Assembly (NCBI GenBank): GCA_951406725.2
Contig: OX597830.1
Coordinates: forward strand, 70,680,001 to 70,744,000
Origin: Octopus vulgaris
Taxonomy: Eukaryota
Length of the DNA: 64,000 nt
Direction: 5' to 3'
Below are positions 22,580 to 35,889 of the stretch, piece by piece. Under the pieces are notes generated by a model. It searched no databases. It saw only the letters and a list, made by a program, of their open reading frames with translations, and had not been told where the DNA came from. Position 1 is the first letter of the stretch. Each line of letters begins with the position of its first letter. The position numbers were made by a program, and so were the translations under genes.

Positions 22580-22627
<48 letters not shown>

Positions 22628-22854
22628 TCTCTTACTCTTTTACTTGTTTCAGTCATTTGACTGTGGCCATGCTTGAGCACCGCCTTTAGTAGAGCAAGTC
22701 GACCCCAGGACTTATTCTCTGTAAGCTTAATACTTATTCTATCGGTCTTTTCCGAACCGCTAAGTTACGGGGCCGTAAACACACCAGTATAGGTTGTCTA
22801 GCGATGTTGGGGACAAACACAGACACAAACATACACACACATACATACATATAT

Positions 22855-22919
<65 letters not shown>

Positions 22920-23050
22920 TTCAGCAACAATTTAGATTCAAATGAATATGGCACTTAATTTAGATGCACCAGAATTTTTTAAGGTGTTAACCATAAAAAT
23001 ATGCGGGGTGATTATAATCAAAAATAAGCAACAAGAATGAATCCGGTAAT

Positions 23051-23136
23051 TTAGTACAATTGTTTCATACTACAACATTTTATTAAAAGCTGTAAATATT
23101 ACAGCAGATTTAAGAAGCTGAGTAATCTTCAGATAA
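23051..23136 (-). ncRNA. Type I hammerhead ribozyme (stem I mismatch)
   Basis: Reverse complement TTAT-CTGAAGA-TTACTC...GTAGTAT-GAAA-CAATTG-TA^CTAA. Confidence 0.65.
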
Positions 23137-23409
23137 TTTCATATAGGTTTTCCAATAATATAAAGTTCTCAAATCAATTAATAACATCTTAGGGAAGGTA
23201 AATATACAGATAAAGATGTAGATATTAATCTTAGGAACATGTGGTAGAGTAGTTTAGATGCCAGTTGTAAACAAGGTTTTGTTCAGTTGGCATCTACTCT
23301 ACCTCATGTTCCTAAGATTCATATCTGCATCTTTATCTGTATATTTACCTTCCCAAAGATGTTATTAATTGATTTGAGAACTTTATATTATTGGAAAACC
23401 TATATGAAA

Positions 23410-23494
23410 TTAGCTGAAGATTACTCGGCATCTAAAACTGCTGTAATATTTACAGCTTTTAATAAAATGTTGTAGTATGAAACAATTCTACTAA
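23410..23494 (+). ncRNA. Type I hammerhead ribozyme (stem III mismatch)
   Basis: TTAG-CTGAAGA-TTAC...GCTGTAATATTTACAGC...GTAT-GAAA-CAATTC-TA^CTAA. Confidence 0.65.
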
Positions 23495-23524
23495 ATTACC
23501 GGATTCATTCTTGTTGCTTATTTT

Positions 23525-23572
<48 letters not shown>

Positions 23573-24559
23573 GTATATACGACGGGCTTCTTTCAGTTTC
23601 CGTCTACCAAATCCACTCACAAGGCTTTGGTCGGCCCGAGGCTATAGTAGAAGACACGTGCCCAAGGTGCCACGCAGTGGGACTGAACCCGGAACCATGT
23701 GGTTAGTAAGCTCAGTCATTCCTACGCCTATATTTAGATAATTTGTAGGACAGTTTGTTCTTTATGTCATTGAACCAATCGATGAAAGAAATACTTTTCA
23801 TACGTTCTATTAATCATTTATCTCTTACTTGTTTCAGTTTCCGTCTACCAAATCCACTCACAAAGCTTTGGTCGGTCCGAGGCTACAGTAGAAGACACTT
23901 ACCCAAGGTGCCACTCAGTGGTACTGAACCCGGAGCTATGTGGACAGGAAGCAAGCTTCATGTCATACACTTACTTGGTGTCTACTTATTTTTATATATA
24001 CATGTTTGGTTATGCTGTTCAGGAAAAAATTTTATCTGTTATAAATATTTTGTTTTGCTTGCGAATATATGTGCTGCGTTTGACTATAATGTGTTTTAAT
24101 GACGGAGGAGTCTAATATTTTCAAAGCTATTTAAAGAGATTTTAAATCATGTTTTCATTATCATGACAATGAGATAGATATATAAACAATATTTTTAGGA
24201 TCACAACTGAAAAGAGATGCAACTGAAGCGGATTGAATCCATGCTCGTTAGATGGATTTTGCGAAAAAAAAAAAGAAAAAGAAATAAGCAAGGCAACAAT
24301 TCTGCAAGATGAAAATATACACGAAAAAAGAACTATATGAGAACAGCGAGACGTTAAAAGTAAAATGTATAAACTGATTTTGTTTATATGCATTCATTCA
24401 ATGTTATTGGTAAAGGAAAAGAAACGTCTCTCTCAAAGTAAATTTGGGACTTAAGGAAGTGAATTATAAATATACACAGCAATTGAGCAATAAAAGACCA
24501 TGTCACAACTGACACAAATAATCCTCGGATTATCTTTGTGTACTCCAAGTATAATTGCG

Positions 24560-25300
24560 CAAAAAGATGCTTGTTTAATGGGAATATAAGGATGTCATGT
24601 TGAAGACACCGGAAGATATCATTTATAGAAACTGATCCGTACTGCAAATAAGTTAAATATCCGATGGTGTAATAGAAGCGGAAGCAGTAGTAGGCACACA
24701 AGAGTTCCAGTACCACAAAATAATATAATCAACAAGCAAGAACTTAACTTCTGGTAAAAGATGAGTTTTGAGACGCCAGCTATAAAATGTAAACTACTCA
24801 CATAATATATTAAACATTCCTTTGATAATAGTAGACCTAAAATAATTCATGAAATATGTGAAGCGGTAAGCTGGCAGAATCGTCAGCATGCCGGGTGAAA
24901 AACTTTAGCGGCATTTCATTCGTCTTTACGTTCTGAGTTCAAATTTCGCCAACGTCGAGTTTGCTTTTCATCCTTTCGGAGTTGATATAAGTGCCAGTTG
25001 AACACTAGGGTCGCTGTAATCGACTTAACCCCTCCCACGAACTTACTGGCCTTGAGCCAAAATTTGAAACCAATAATTTATGAGATAGACAAAGTGATAG
25101 ATTTGAGAAAAGATATGACACAATTTAAAGGTAGGTGTAAAAAAAAATGAATAAGAGATAATCAAATATTTCTTGGTAAAAAATAGACACAGCTTAGCAA
25201 AAGAGAATGCAATTATGAAGTCAGGAAGCGGAGACACAACAGCTGAGCTGGCCAACTATTTCATGAAAATAGGATATGGAAAAGTAGAAAAACAACTGTG
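24560..25300 (+). pseudogene. Possible highly decayed Helitron Pif1-helicase remnant (interrupted by a SINE A at ~24862-25075)
   Basis: Peptides DTGRYHL (cf. GTGKTFL), SDGVIEAEAVVGT and GDTTAELANYFMKIGYGK (cf. FA.YLL.IG.G) occur in the expected order. Weak match. Confidence 0.3.
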
Positions 25301-25744
25301 AAGTCGAGTAATGAAGCAGAACAACCAACGAATTGGGAAAGGAAACGACGACAACCATCACTGCAGAAAATGCTTTAGTAAAATAAACTATAGAAACCAA
25401 CAAATGAATACGTTTGACATTGCTAAGACAATGAGCACGCTCCAAAAGTTTATAAACCAGCCTGAACATCGAAACAAGTTCTTGCCTGACAATCACCGTG
25501 GCATAAAGTTTGTGTTGCTATATAAAGAATACACAGGCACATACATACAAAAACATATAGACACACAGACATACGCATTTATATATATATATATATATAT
25601 ATACGTATTTATGTATGTATATTTATACATGCACAGACCTGCACATATACATACATTCATACATAATACCAAATATATGCGCATGCATTAATATAGACAT
25701 ACATACATACATATATATATATGTTTATATATGTTTATATATGC

Positions 25745-25791
<47 letters not shown>

Positions 25792-25895
25792 TATACATAT
25801 ATATATATATATATACATACATATATATATATTTATTTATATATGTATGTACGTATATACATGCATAGATTCATACATACATACATCTGTACATG

Positions 25896-25938
<43 letters not shown>

Positions 25939-25945
25939 GCATACA

Positions 25946-26041
<96 letters not shown>

Positions 26042-26202
26042 GAAATTTCAACCGAGAGTAAAAAGAGATATTGAAAAGAAGAGGAAATAAAGAACAGAAG
26101 AGACGGAGAAATTAATATAAACTATAAGTGAATGTTTAAATGGAAATTGAAAATTTTGTAGATCGGAAGTAGAAAGAAAACAAATGCAAAATACTGCAGT
26201 GA

Positions 26203-26239
<37 letters not shown>

Positions 26240-26975
26240 TAGAGAGAGAGAATGAGAGAGAGGATGGAGAGGCGTCAGAGTTTCGTCTGAGACAGGTTTA
26301 AGAGAGAAAAAATAATCGACACATTGGGTACAATATCGTATAGATAGAGTATTATTGAGTACAAAAACTTAAAGGAAACCATCCAAACATCGTCTTGAAA
26401 CGAAAATGAAAGAGACGAGAGGACGATAGAAGTAAAGAAACGTTGAAAATCAAAGGAAACACAAAGTATACACAGAATGAAAAAAGGAAAGGAAAGAGAA
26501 AAAAGAAAGGAACTAATGCAAGGAAACCGAAAATAGAAAAGCAAAAAAGCAAGCAAAAAGCAAAACAAACGAAAATAAAACAAAGAAAAATGCAGCAGTA
26601 AGATAAAATAGAAGAGGTGAAGAGTTTGTGATGCTAAAACCGAATACGTGTTTTTATTTTTTTTTCTAAGAAAATTACTTCAATGCGGTATTGAAACTAT
26701 AAAATATTTCATTGAAATACGTTCATAAAAAGAACAATAAGAGTTGTTTTACATAAAACAAATAGAATATAACATAACGTAATGTAATATTTGGATTTAA
26801 AACATTTAATACGATACAAAATACAAGAAAATGCATTAAAAACTGGTGACATAATTTCTAAATTCATATATCGCCATCTTGTTATATTTTTTCTTTATTT
26901 CTCTCCTTCCTCCGCATTTACCATTTTCTATTTTATTATCATTATCATTACCATTATTATTATTATTATCATTAC

Positions 26976-27047
<72 letters not shown>

Positions 27048-27195
27048 CATCATTATTATTATTATTATATGTCGTTTTTGTTGTTATTTTAATCTCCTTT
27101 AGAGAGATTGTGGGAGCTATGAAATGGTTTTATGACCAATGACGATCACAGCGCTCCAATTTATCATCTTATTTTCAAGCAATAAGCAATACGAC

Positions 27196-27335
<140 letters not shown>

Positions 27336-27855
27336 TGTATGTATGTACGTTTGTATGTGTGCTGCAAGAACTATATAAAGTAATGTTCCGTGGCTTCTCT
27401 ATTTTGGATAGTGGAAGCGTTACTGAAGTGTTTCTTTTATGGAGTGATTTCAAAAGCAAAGGAGGAGAATATATATTGAAAGAGGTTTCATCTGTTTTCC
27501 TCGACCCCGAACTTGACCCCGACTCATGGGAAGATTTTAGATCAGCACCTCAAAGCAATCGAACACAATCATTACAGTTATCATCAGTCATATATAATGT
27601 CTTCCGAATTTTACATCAGTCACGAGTGGTCAGGTTGCCACAGAGCCTATTTACGACAAGGATCAGAGATCTATTTCAGTTTCCGGTATCGCTTCAGGGA
27701 CTACCGCATACACATACGTGTGCATGCAACTATTCGTGTCATTGCCACATACACTTATATACATGTATATGTATATATAAATACAAATATATTCACACAC
27801 ACACACATGTAGATATATGCATGTTTATATATATGTATATATATATATGTATATG

Positions 27856-27922
<67 letters not shown>

Positions 27923-28209
27923 GTATTTATATATATATATATATATTTATTATGCATGATTGGAAATGGCGCTTGATATATGTATGTATATATGTACGTA
28001 TGTATGTATGTATGTATGTATGTATATTTGTATGTATGTATGTATGTATGTATGCATTGATTCTCTGAATTTGATCCCTCTTATAGAGATTCTGTACCCC
28101 GTGGAATTGATCCCCTGTAAAAACTTCGGAGTCTAAGTTTGAATCTTTTGAGCACCACTAAGTGTCTTCTAAGCTGAGAATCTCTGGATCTCATCCTTGA
28201 ACTATTTAT

Positions 28210-28408
28210 AGAGGTACTGAAAAGTTTCTGGTTTTGGGTAAAAGAAAATACTGGAGGAGCAGTTATTATGATTTTATTCAGAATATTCTTCTCTCATATT
28301 CACACACTTACTGCAGCGGTCCTTCAGTTTTTCTAAGCTTTGTAAAAGAACTAGGAAAGTTGATCCTCTAGTCAGACCTTCCACGATACTCTTAAAGCCA
28401 GAAACTGT
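28210..28408. mobile_element. Short mariner-type non-autonomous element
   Basis: ta-gaggtactgaaaagtttctgg...cacacttactgcagcggtcc...ccagaaactgta resembles mariner termini. Confidence 0.4.
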
Positions 28409-28419
28409 ATATGGTGGTA

Positions 28420-28900
28420 GTCGACATGCAACTGAGTAAGACTTCCTCTTAAACCCATTTTCATGTTAAGGAACATCTTACGTGTGTTCCCCCATGGCTG
28501 GTGGTGTCACATATGGCTCCAGATACCTGCAAGAGCCATACAAGTAATTTCACACTAAGTACAAGTCAGTCTATTAGCAACTGCCCAACCTTCTAGATAG
28601 GACATACTGGCAAACCCAAAGACTCTGCTACACAATGTGCACAATAGAACATAGTGGATATCAAATTGGTAGACTGAGGTTTCATCGTGACCACGCTAGT
28701 AATTGAAAAGACCTGCATTTGAAAAGCAGATATCCTCAGACTGGTCACATGAAAGAGACTCTTTCGTGCCTTGCTCAGAAAGAGGGCTCACATCTTCCAT
28801 ATAATTACCAGCTTATGCCGCCATGTTATTCTTGAATTTTATGAACATGAATAGCTATCAGATTCCGCCACAGTTCCCTATCGGATGTAGGAGCTTCTCA
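28420..28900 (-). pseudogene. Possible RTE LINE 3' fragment
   Basis: Minus peptides DRELWRNLI and CAHCSRVFG-like C-terminal cysteine motif. Confidence 0.3.
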
Positions 28901-29029
28901 GATGTTGATATCAATATTAATATATATATTCTTATGTACGTTCTCTCTCCCTCTCTCTTTCTCTACAACACACGTATATACAGTTACACCAACAAACACA
29001 TACACACACATATATATACATATACATAT

Positions 29030-29197
29030 ATACGACGGGCTTCTTTCAGTTTCCGTCTACCAAATCCACTCACAAGGCTTTGGTCGGCCCGAGGCTATAG
29101 TAGAAGACACTTACCCAAGGTGCCACGCAGTGGAACTGAAACCGGAACCATGTGGTTGGTAAACAAGCTTCTTACCGCACAGCCACTCCTGCGCCTA
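29030..29197 (-). mobile_element. SINE family B 5' half
   Basis: gacgggcttctttcagtttccgtctaccaaatccactcacaagg...cagccactcctgcgcc. Confidence 0.8.
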
Positions 29198-29265
29198 TGC
29201 AATACTGTTTTCGTTACATCTAACGCACACACAAACGCGCACGTCCATACACATTTGCTCTCACA

Positions 29266-29311
<46 letters not shown>

Positions 29312-30264
29312 CACACATATACGTGTATATATAAAACTATCGAAATCAACGTCATGAATAAAGTATTTGAGAATTTTCCTCGGCAAACTTTCCTGTAAAG
29401 TTTTTTCTTTCAAAACCCCGAAAATTTTATACAGTTTGCAGTTATAGCATACATCATGCTTCAACATGTCTGCGAGCATAAGAATTATAATTCGCCAGTG
29501 AATTCATTATCTGAAATTATTTGTATGGAAACACAAACATACGCATTTCGGAAATTATTTTTCGTTGCATCCATGGTCATAGTTTTTGATACGTGGTGTT
29601 TCACCTAACAGAAAGGCAAAATTATAATAAAATCAATAATTACTATTTGCAAATTCTTGGCTCTTCGGGTTGTAAAGATTAATGATTCTATCACAGTGAT
29701 GCTATGGTAATTACTTGAAACAATGTCACTCAAATGAAGGCAGTTTTAGGTGTAAAATTCATACGAATTTCTTACCAAAGAGTCATGAAATCGCCAACGT
29801 TAATGATAGTTATGATATGATAGTGTAATTCACTTTGAAAAAAATGAAGTAAACACAGTGAATAGTGTATTGTATATATATACTCTACTCAGTACAGAGT
29901 TCTCTATTTACTGCTTTATGATTTGATGAGTCGTTGATAAGTATGACTGTATATATATATATATATATATGTATATGTATGTAAATATTTTAGCTCATAA
30001 AATATATATCTTTTTAATCTATATATAATCAATTTACACCTCTGTAAAAAAAATGTAATACCAATTACTAATTATCTGCCATGAAATTTATTTACCTTCC
30101 GATTCCTTTACAAATGACTGGTTCTTTTATTTATACTAACGTGGGATAGAAATTTATTAAGATAGCATTATATCATAATGTTATCCTTAATAATTTAGCC
30201 GTGATTAACATACGAGAAACTGGTCGACTATCGATCACACACACATACACACAGTGTATGTAAG

Positions 30265-30357
<93 letters not shown>

Positions 30358-30369
30358 CTATATATATCG

Positions 30370-30955
<586 letters not shown>

Positions 30956-31096
30956 TTTACAAGAATATATATATACTGAGCGACTGGTATCTGTGTTATC
31001 AACCCCCGAAGGGATCAATCTCAAAGTCGATTTGGGAAGAATTCGAACGTGGAATGTATGTATATACAATGTTTTATATATATATATATGTTTATG

Positions 31097-31167
<71 letters not shown>

Positions 31168-31239
31168 TCACTACAAGCGTATATATATATATATATAATA
31201 CATATATATGTATTATATATATATGCATATGTATATTTA

Positions 31240-31283
<44 letters not shown>

Positions 31284-31479
31284 CGTAGTTGTATGTATAT
31301 GTATATCTGAAACGTGTGTGTGTGTGCATGTGTTTGTGCGAGTGTCCTGGTGGTGAGAATTATGTGTTTGTATTATGTTAAATTTATATATCATAAATTT
31401 GATATATGTTATACACGCATACAGTTATATATATATATGCATGTATACTCTCACACATTTATATGAATATAAATATAAT

Positions 31480-31549
<70 letters not shown>

Positions 31550-32006
31550 GTCTATCTATCTGTCTGTCTATGTATCTGCGTTTGTTTGTGTTTGTGTCTG
31601 TGCTTATGTATGTATTTGTATGTTTTTACGTATGGATATGTATAAGAGGTGTTAACGTCTGTATATGTCCATGTATGTGTTGGCGTCATGCGTGGTAAGC
31701 GTGCTTGTTTTCGTAAGCTCTTCCAACACACTCAAGCTATAAATCCATCAATGTCGAAATAGTTTATTATTAATCGGAGTGAAAACGTGTGGCGGGGGTG
31801 AATGGAAAGTTGAAGGCATGACATGAGTAATTCAGAGAAAGATAATAGGTAGCAAGCAAAGAAGAGTGGAAACCCAAAATAGTCGGATGAATAGAGATGT
31901 ACAGATAAACAGAGAGAAAATTTATTGACAGATTGACAGACAAACTGACAGACTGACCGACCGGGAGATAGATTAATAGATAGTTAGCTAGGTAGATAGA
32001 CAGATG

Positions 32007-32061
<55 letters not shown>

Positions 32062-32070
32062 GGATAGATG

Positions 32071-32101
<31 letters not shown>

Positions 32102-32130
32102 GGATAGATAGATAGATAGATAGATAGATA

Positions 32131-33421
32131 TGTTTCTTTATTAGCCACACAGGGCTGCACACAGATAGAACAAATTACAAGGTAGAGCTTTTCTTTTGAA
32201 GGTTTAAAAAAAAAAAAAAAAAAAAAAGGAAGGGGTAGTTTCGATCAAAGGGATCGTAAAAGGAGAGAAAGAGGACAAAAAAAAGGGGGGTTTAAAAAAA
32301 GGGGGGGAGGAAAAAAAATTGATCAATAGGGATCGTTATCACAGAAATGTCAATATGAAGTGTAAAGGGGAGGACAGGTGAGGTTTACCCGTGCAAAGAA
32401 AAGCCTACGGAAAAGACCACGGTAACCTCGGTCAATGATGTCACATTTTATATTTCTTTTTTTTTTTTTGCAAATAAGCAACTCTCTGTTTTCGATTTCT
32501 GGGTTCATAGGACTATGCTCAAGGTGGCTTCGTCATTCATACGTGCCATTCTTGCTACATTCACCCATCTTTTTTTAAAACATTCGCTAGACAAAACTTG
32601 CCTCTCTACTCTCACTTTCCTTTTCAAGTGGTACTTGAAGAAGTTGATGAGAGATTGACCAGAGAGGAAAGTGTTTGTCTCAATCCTTTCAGACGCGTCC
32701 ACCAGATACATTCTTTCGCCATAGCCACAAGGATGATGAAAATAGCTCTTCCTTCCCGTTTGAAGGAAGGAGGCGTGACAATATTGACGATAGACTCAGC
32801 TGATAAACCGACTCGTCCCACACGTGACAGCAGTTGTTCGACATAAGCCCACAGGTCGGAAATTGTTGGACACTGAACGAGTGCGTGCAGAACGGTTTCG
32901 TCGCTCTGACCGCATCTCGGGCAGGTCGGCCCCGTGTTTCTCGAGCCGTGTCTGTAGAGCTTATCCCGAACGGGTAGCGCTTCTCGGTAGCACTGCCAGG
33001 CCAGGGATCTCTGGAAGTTGTCCATGGGCCCTGGCCCGAAAGTCGTCCTGAACAGGCGGGTCAGGTACTCCTCGTCGACGTCCAGGTTCGCCCCGAGCTC
33101 GTCGTCGTACCTCCCCTCCACTAAACCCCTATAGAATGCTTTGGTTGTGTTGAAGTCACTTAAGGTCGACCCAGGACGGCAGAGTTGCTTGAGAGCAACG
33201 CGACACTCGCGGTGCCATTCGCCCTTCCTCGGCCTCTTTTTGATCCACGACTGCAGTTCGGTCATGGAGACGAGCTGCGGGAAAGCGTGCCTCACAAACG
33301 GCGACCACACCTGTTCACCGTCGTCTACATAGAGCCAGAGATGCCGCAGTCTCAGCGCGTGTCTGCGCATCATCAACCACGGCATGCCCAGCCCTCCTTT
33401 TAACGGGTGTTGACAGCAAAT
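32131..33421 (-). mobile_element. 5'-truncated Tx1/L1-clade LINE (1.3 kb) within (GATA)n
   Basis: Minus peptide HPLKGGLGMP...LAWQCYREALPVRDKL...CPRCGQSDETVLHALVQC (RT thumb GGLG plus zf-RVT). One 1-bp frameshift near 32681. Nearly identical to 8471-9251, with GATA arrays on both sides. Confidence 0.92.
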
Positions 33422-33422
33422 G

Positions 33423-33497
<75 letters not shown>

Positions 33498-33513
33498 GGA
33501 TAAATAGATAGAT

Positions 33514-33750
33514 AAGTTTCTTTATTGGCCACACAGGGCTGCACACAGATGGGACAAGTTACAAGGCAGAGCTTTTCTTTTGGGGATGAAAAAAACAAGA
33601 AAACAAAATACAAAAGAAACAAAAAAAAGGTGGCGTAGGTTTTCGATCAAAAGGGATCGTAAAAGGGAAAAAAAGAACAAAAAAAAATTTTAAAAAAGAA
33701 AAAAAAAGAAAAGAAAAAAGAGGAAAAGGAACAAAAGAAAAGAGAAATAA
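33514..33750 (-). mobile_element. 3'-UTR-only copy of a related Tx1 subfamily within (GATA)n
   Basis: tttattggccacacagggctgcacacagatgggacaagttacaaggcagagcttttc...ttcgatcaaaagggatcgtaaaa, flanked by GATA repeats. Confidence 0.8.
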
Positions 33751-33821
33751 AAAAGATAGATAGATAGCTAGATGGATATATATATATATATATATATAGA
33801 TAGATAGATAGATAGATAGAT

Positions 33822-33873
<52 letters not shown>

Positions 33874-34375
33874 GGACAAAGATAGAGAAAGAATGATAGT
33901 TAGTTAGATGTAAAGATGAATATATAGAAAGCGACAGAGGCAAACAAACGGCGGAGGTGAACAGATTTATTGATATTTAAAGATACTGGTAGATAGGTTG
34001 ATAGACAGCTTGCACGTAGATAAGTGTGTAGATACATTCATACATACTTACGCCTGTCTGTCTCTCCATATATCTATCTCTGTGTCTGCCTGTCAGTCCG
34101 CCTCTCTCTCACCGTACATTTATATATATATATATATGGTTAGACGGTTTGGTAGATAGATCAGATCGATAGTCAAATGGAATGATAGATCGATAGTTAG
34201 ATAGGAATGTTGTTACATACATGCACTCAGGCACAAACACGTATATACACACACACACATACATATATGTGTGTGTCTATACGAATATCTTCTCTCTGCC
34301 TCTCTCTCACTCCGTATATATATGTGTGCGTATGAATATGCTTATACATACATACATGCATGCATGCATGCTTGC

Positions 34376-34431
<56 letters not shown>

Positions 34432-34487
34432 AGAGAGAGAGAGCCATGGAGAGATGGATAAGTAGTAGATAAATACAATATAATTTT

Positions 34488-34695
34488 TTTTCTCCTCTAG
34501 GTACAAGGCCCGAAATTTTGGGGGAGGGAGCCAGTCGATTAGATCGACCCCGGTACCCAACTGGTACTTAATTTATTGAACCCAAAGGAATGAAAGGTAG
34601 AGTCGACCTCAGCGGAATTTGAACTCAGAACTTAAAAACAGACGAAATACCGTAAGCATTTCGTCCGGCGTGCTAACGTTTCTGCCAGCCCGCCA
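34488..34695 (-). mobile_element. SINE family A
   Basis: Family A consensus motifs on the minus strand. Confidence 0.8.
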
Positions 34696-35002
34696 TCTTC
34701 ACCTTATAGGATATATTTAGTGTAGCAGATTTATCATTTACATGCATTATTAAAATATTTATTTCAAACCCATTTGATGAAATATTGGTTCGCTTTGGTG
34801 GGACATAAGGTTGTTTGTACTTATATATAGTTAAATTTGTGTGATACAGTAATGTTTAATTTTAACACAAAGATTGAAATAGAACTGAGACATGAATTTT
34901 TTCAAGCATTTCAAATTGCGTCTCAAAAGTCTCAAATTAAGTTTTCTTCCTTTTGTGCAGCTCACATGAAGACTTGTCGAAAAACAGAATTAGTTTATAT
35001 AG

Positions 35003-35059
<57 letters not shown>

Positions 35060-35061
<2 letters not shown>

Positions 35062-35437
35062 TGGAGGCGCAATAGCCCAGTGGTTAGGGCAGCGGACTCG
35101 CGGTCATAGGATCGCGGTTTCGATTCCCAGACCTGGGGGTTGTGAGTGTTTATTGAGCGAAAACACCTAAAGCTCCCCGAGGCTCCGGCAGGGGATGGTG
35201 GTGATCTCTGCTGTACTCTTTCACCACAACTTTCTCTCACTCTTACTTCCTGTTTCTGTTGTACCTGTATTTCAAGGGGCCGGCCTTGAAAGAGTCTGTG
35301 TCACGCTGAAATCCCCGAGAACTACGTTAAGGGTGCACGTGGAGTGCTCAGCCACTTACACGTTAATTTCACGAGCAGGCTGTTCCGTTGATTCGGATCA
35401 ACCGGAACCCTCATCGTCGTAACCGACGGAGTGCTTC
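35060..35437 (+). mobile_element. tRNA-derived SINE family C variant
   Basis: gtggaggcgcaatagcccagtggttagggc...ggtttcgattcccag. Ends gtaaccgacggagtgc. Confidence 0.85.
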
Positions 35438-35472
35438 CATATATATATATATATATATATAGTATCTCTATA

Positions 35473-35889
35473 TATTTCTTTACTACCCACAAGGGGCTAA
35501 ATACACAGGGGGCAAACAAGGACAGATAAACGGATTAAGTCGATTACATCGACCCCAGTGCGTAACTAGTACTTAATTTATCGACCCCGAAAGGATGAAA
35601 GGCAAACTCGACCCCGGCGGAATTTGAACTCAGAACGTAATGGCAGACGAAATACCTATTTCTTTACTACCCACAAGGGGCTAAATACAGAGGGGACAAA
35701 CAAGGACAGACAAACGGATTAAGTCGATTACATCGACCCCAGTGCGTAACTAGTACTTAATTTATCGACCCCGAAAGGATGAAAGGCAAAGTCGACCCCG
35801 GCGGAATTTGAACTCAGAACGTAACGGCAGACGCAATACGGCTACGCATTTCGCCCGGCGTGCTAACGTTTCTGCCAGCTCGCCGCCTT
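35473..35889 (-). mobile_element. SINE family A, dimeric, young
   Basis: Two near-identical cores. Head tgccagctcgccgcctt. Confidence 0.85.

Larger units (their letters stand above)
20631..22584. mobile_element. Hammerhead-bearing non-coding tandem element (~557-bp unit; 2.5 direct units plus 1 inverted unit), Penelope-like/retrozyme
   Basis: Units start at 20631, 21190 and 21747 (the third is truncated at ~22035). An inverted unit spans 22034-22584. Units are nearly identical, and (TA)n lies on both flanks. Confidence 0.9.
22914..23528. mobile_element. Hammerhead-bearing inverted-repeat element (arms ~23017-23263 and 23288-23528)
   Basis: Diverged ~245-bp inverted arms, each with a CTGAAGA...GAAA core, inserted in (TA)n. 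Confidence 0.85.
22628..23730 (-). mobile_element. SINE family B split at its internal (TA)n by the 22914-23528 element
   Basis: 3' half at 22628-22850 (ttacttgtttcagtcatttgactg...) and 5' half at 23575-23730 (gacgggcttctttcagtttccgtctacc...gggactgaacccgg). Confidence 0.8.

Noticed and set aside
32624-33622. 332-aa ORF as an intact gene
   Set aside because: Chimeric read-through of a Tx1 3' UTR, (TATC)n and a truncated, frameshifted Tx1 ORF2.
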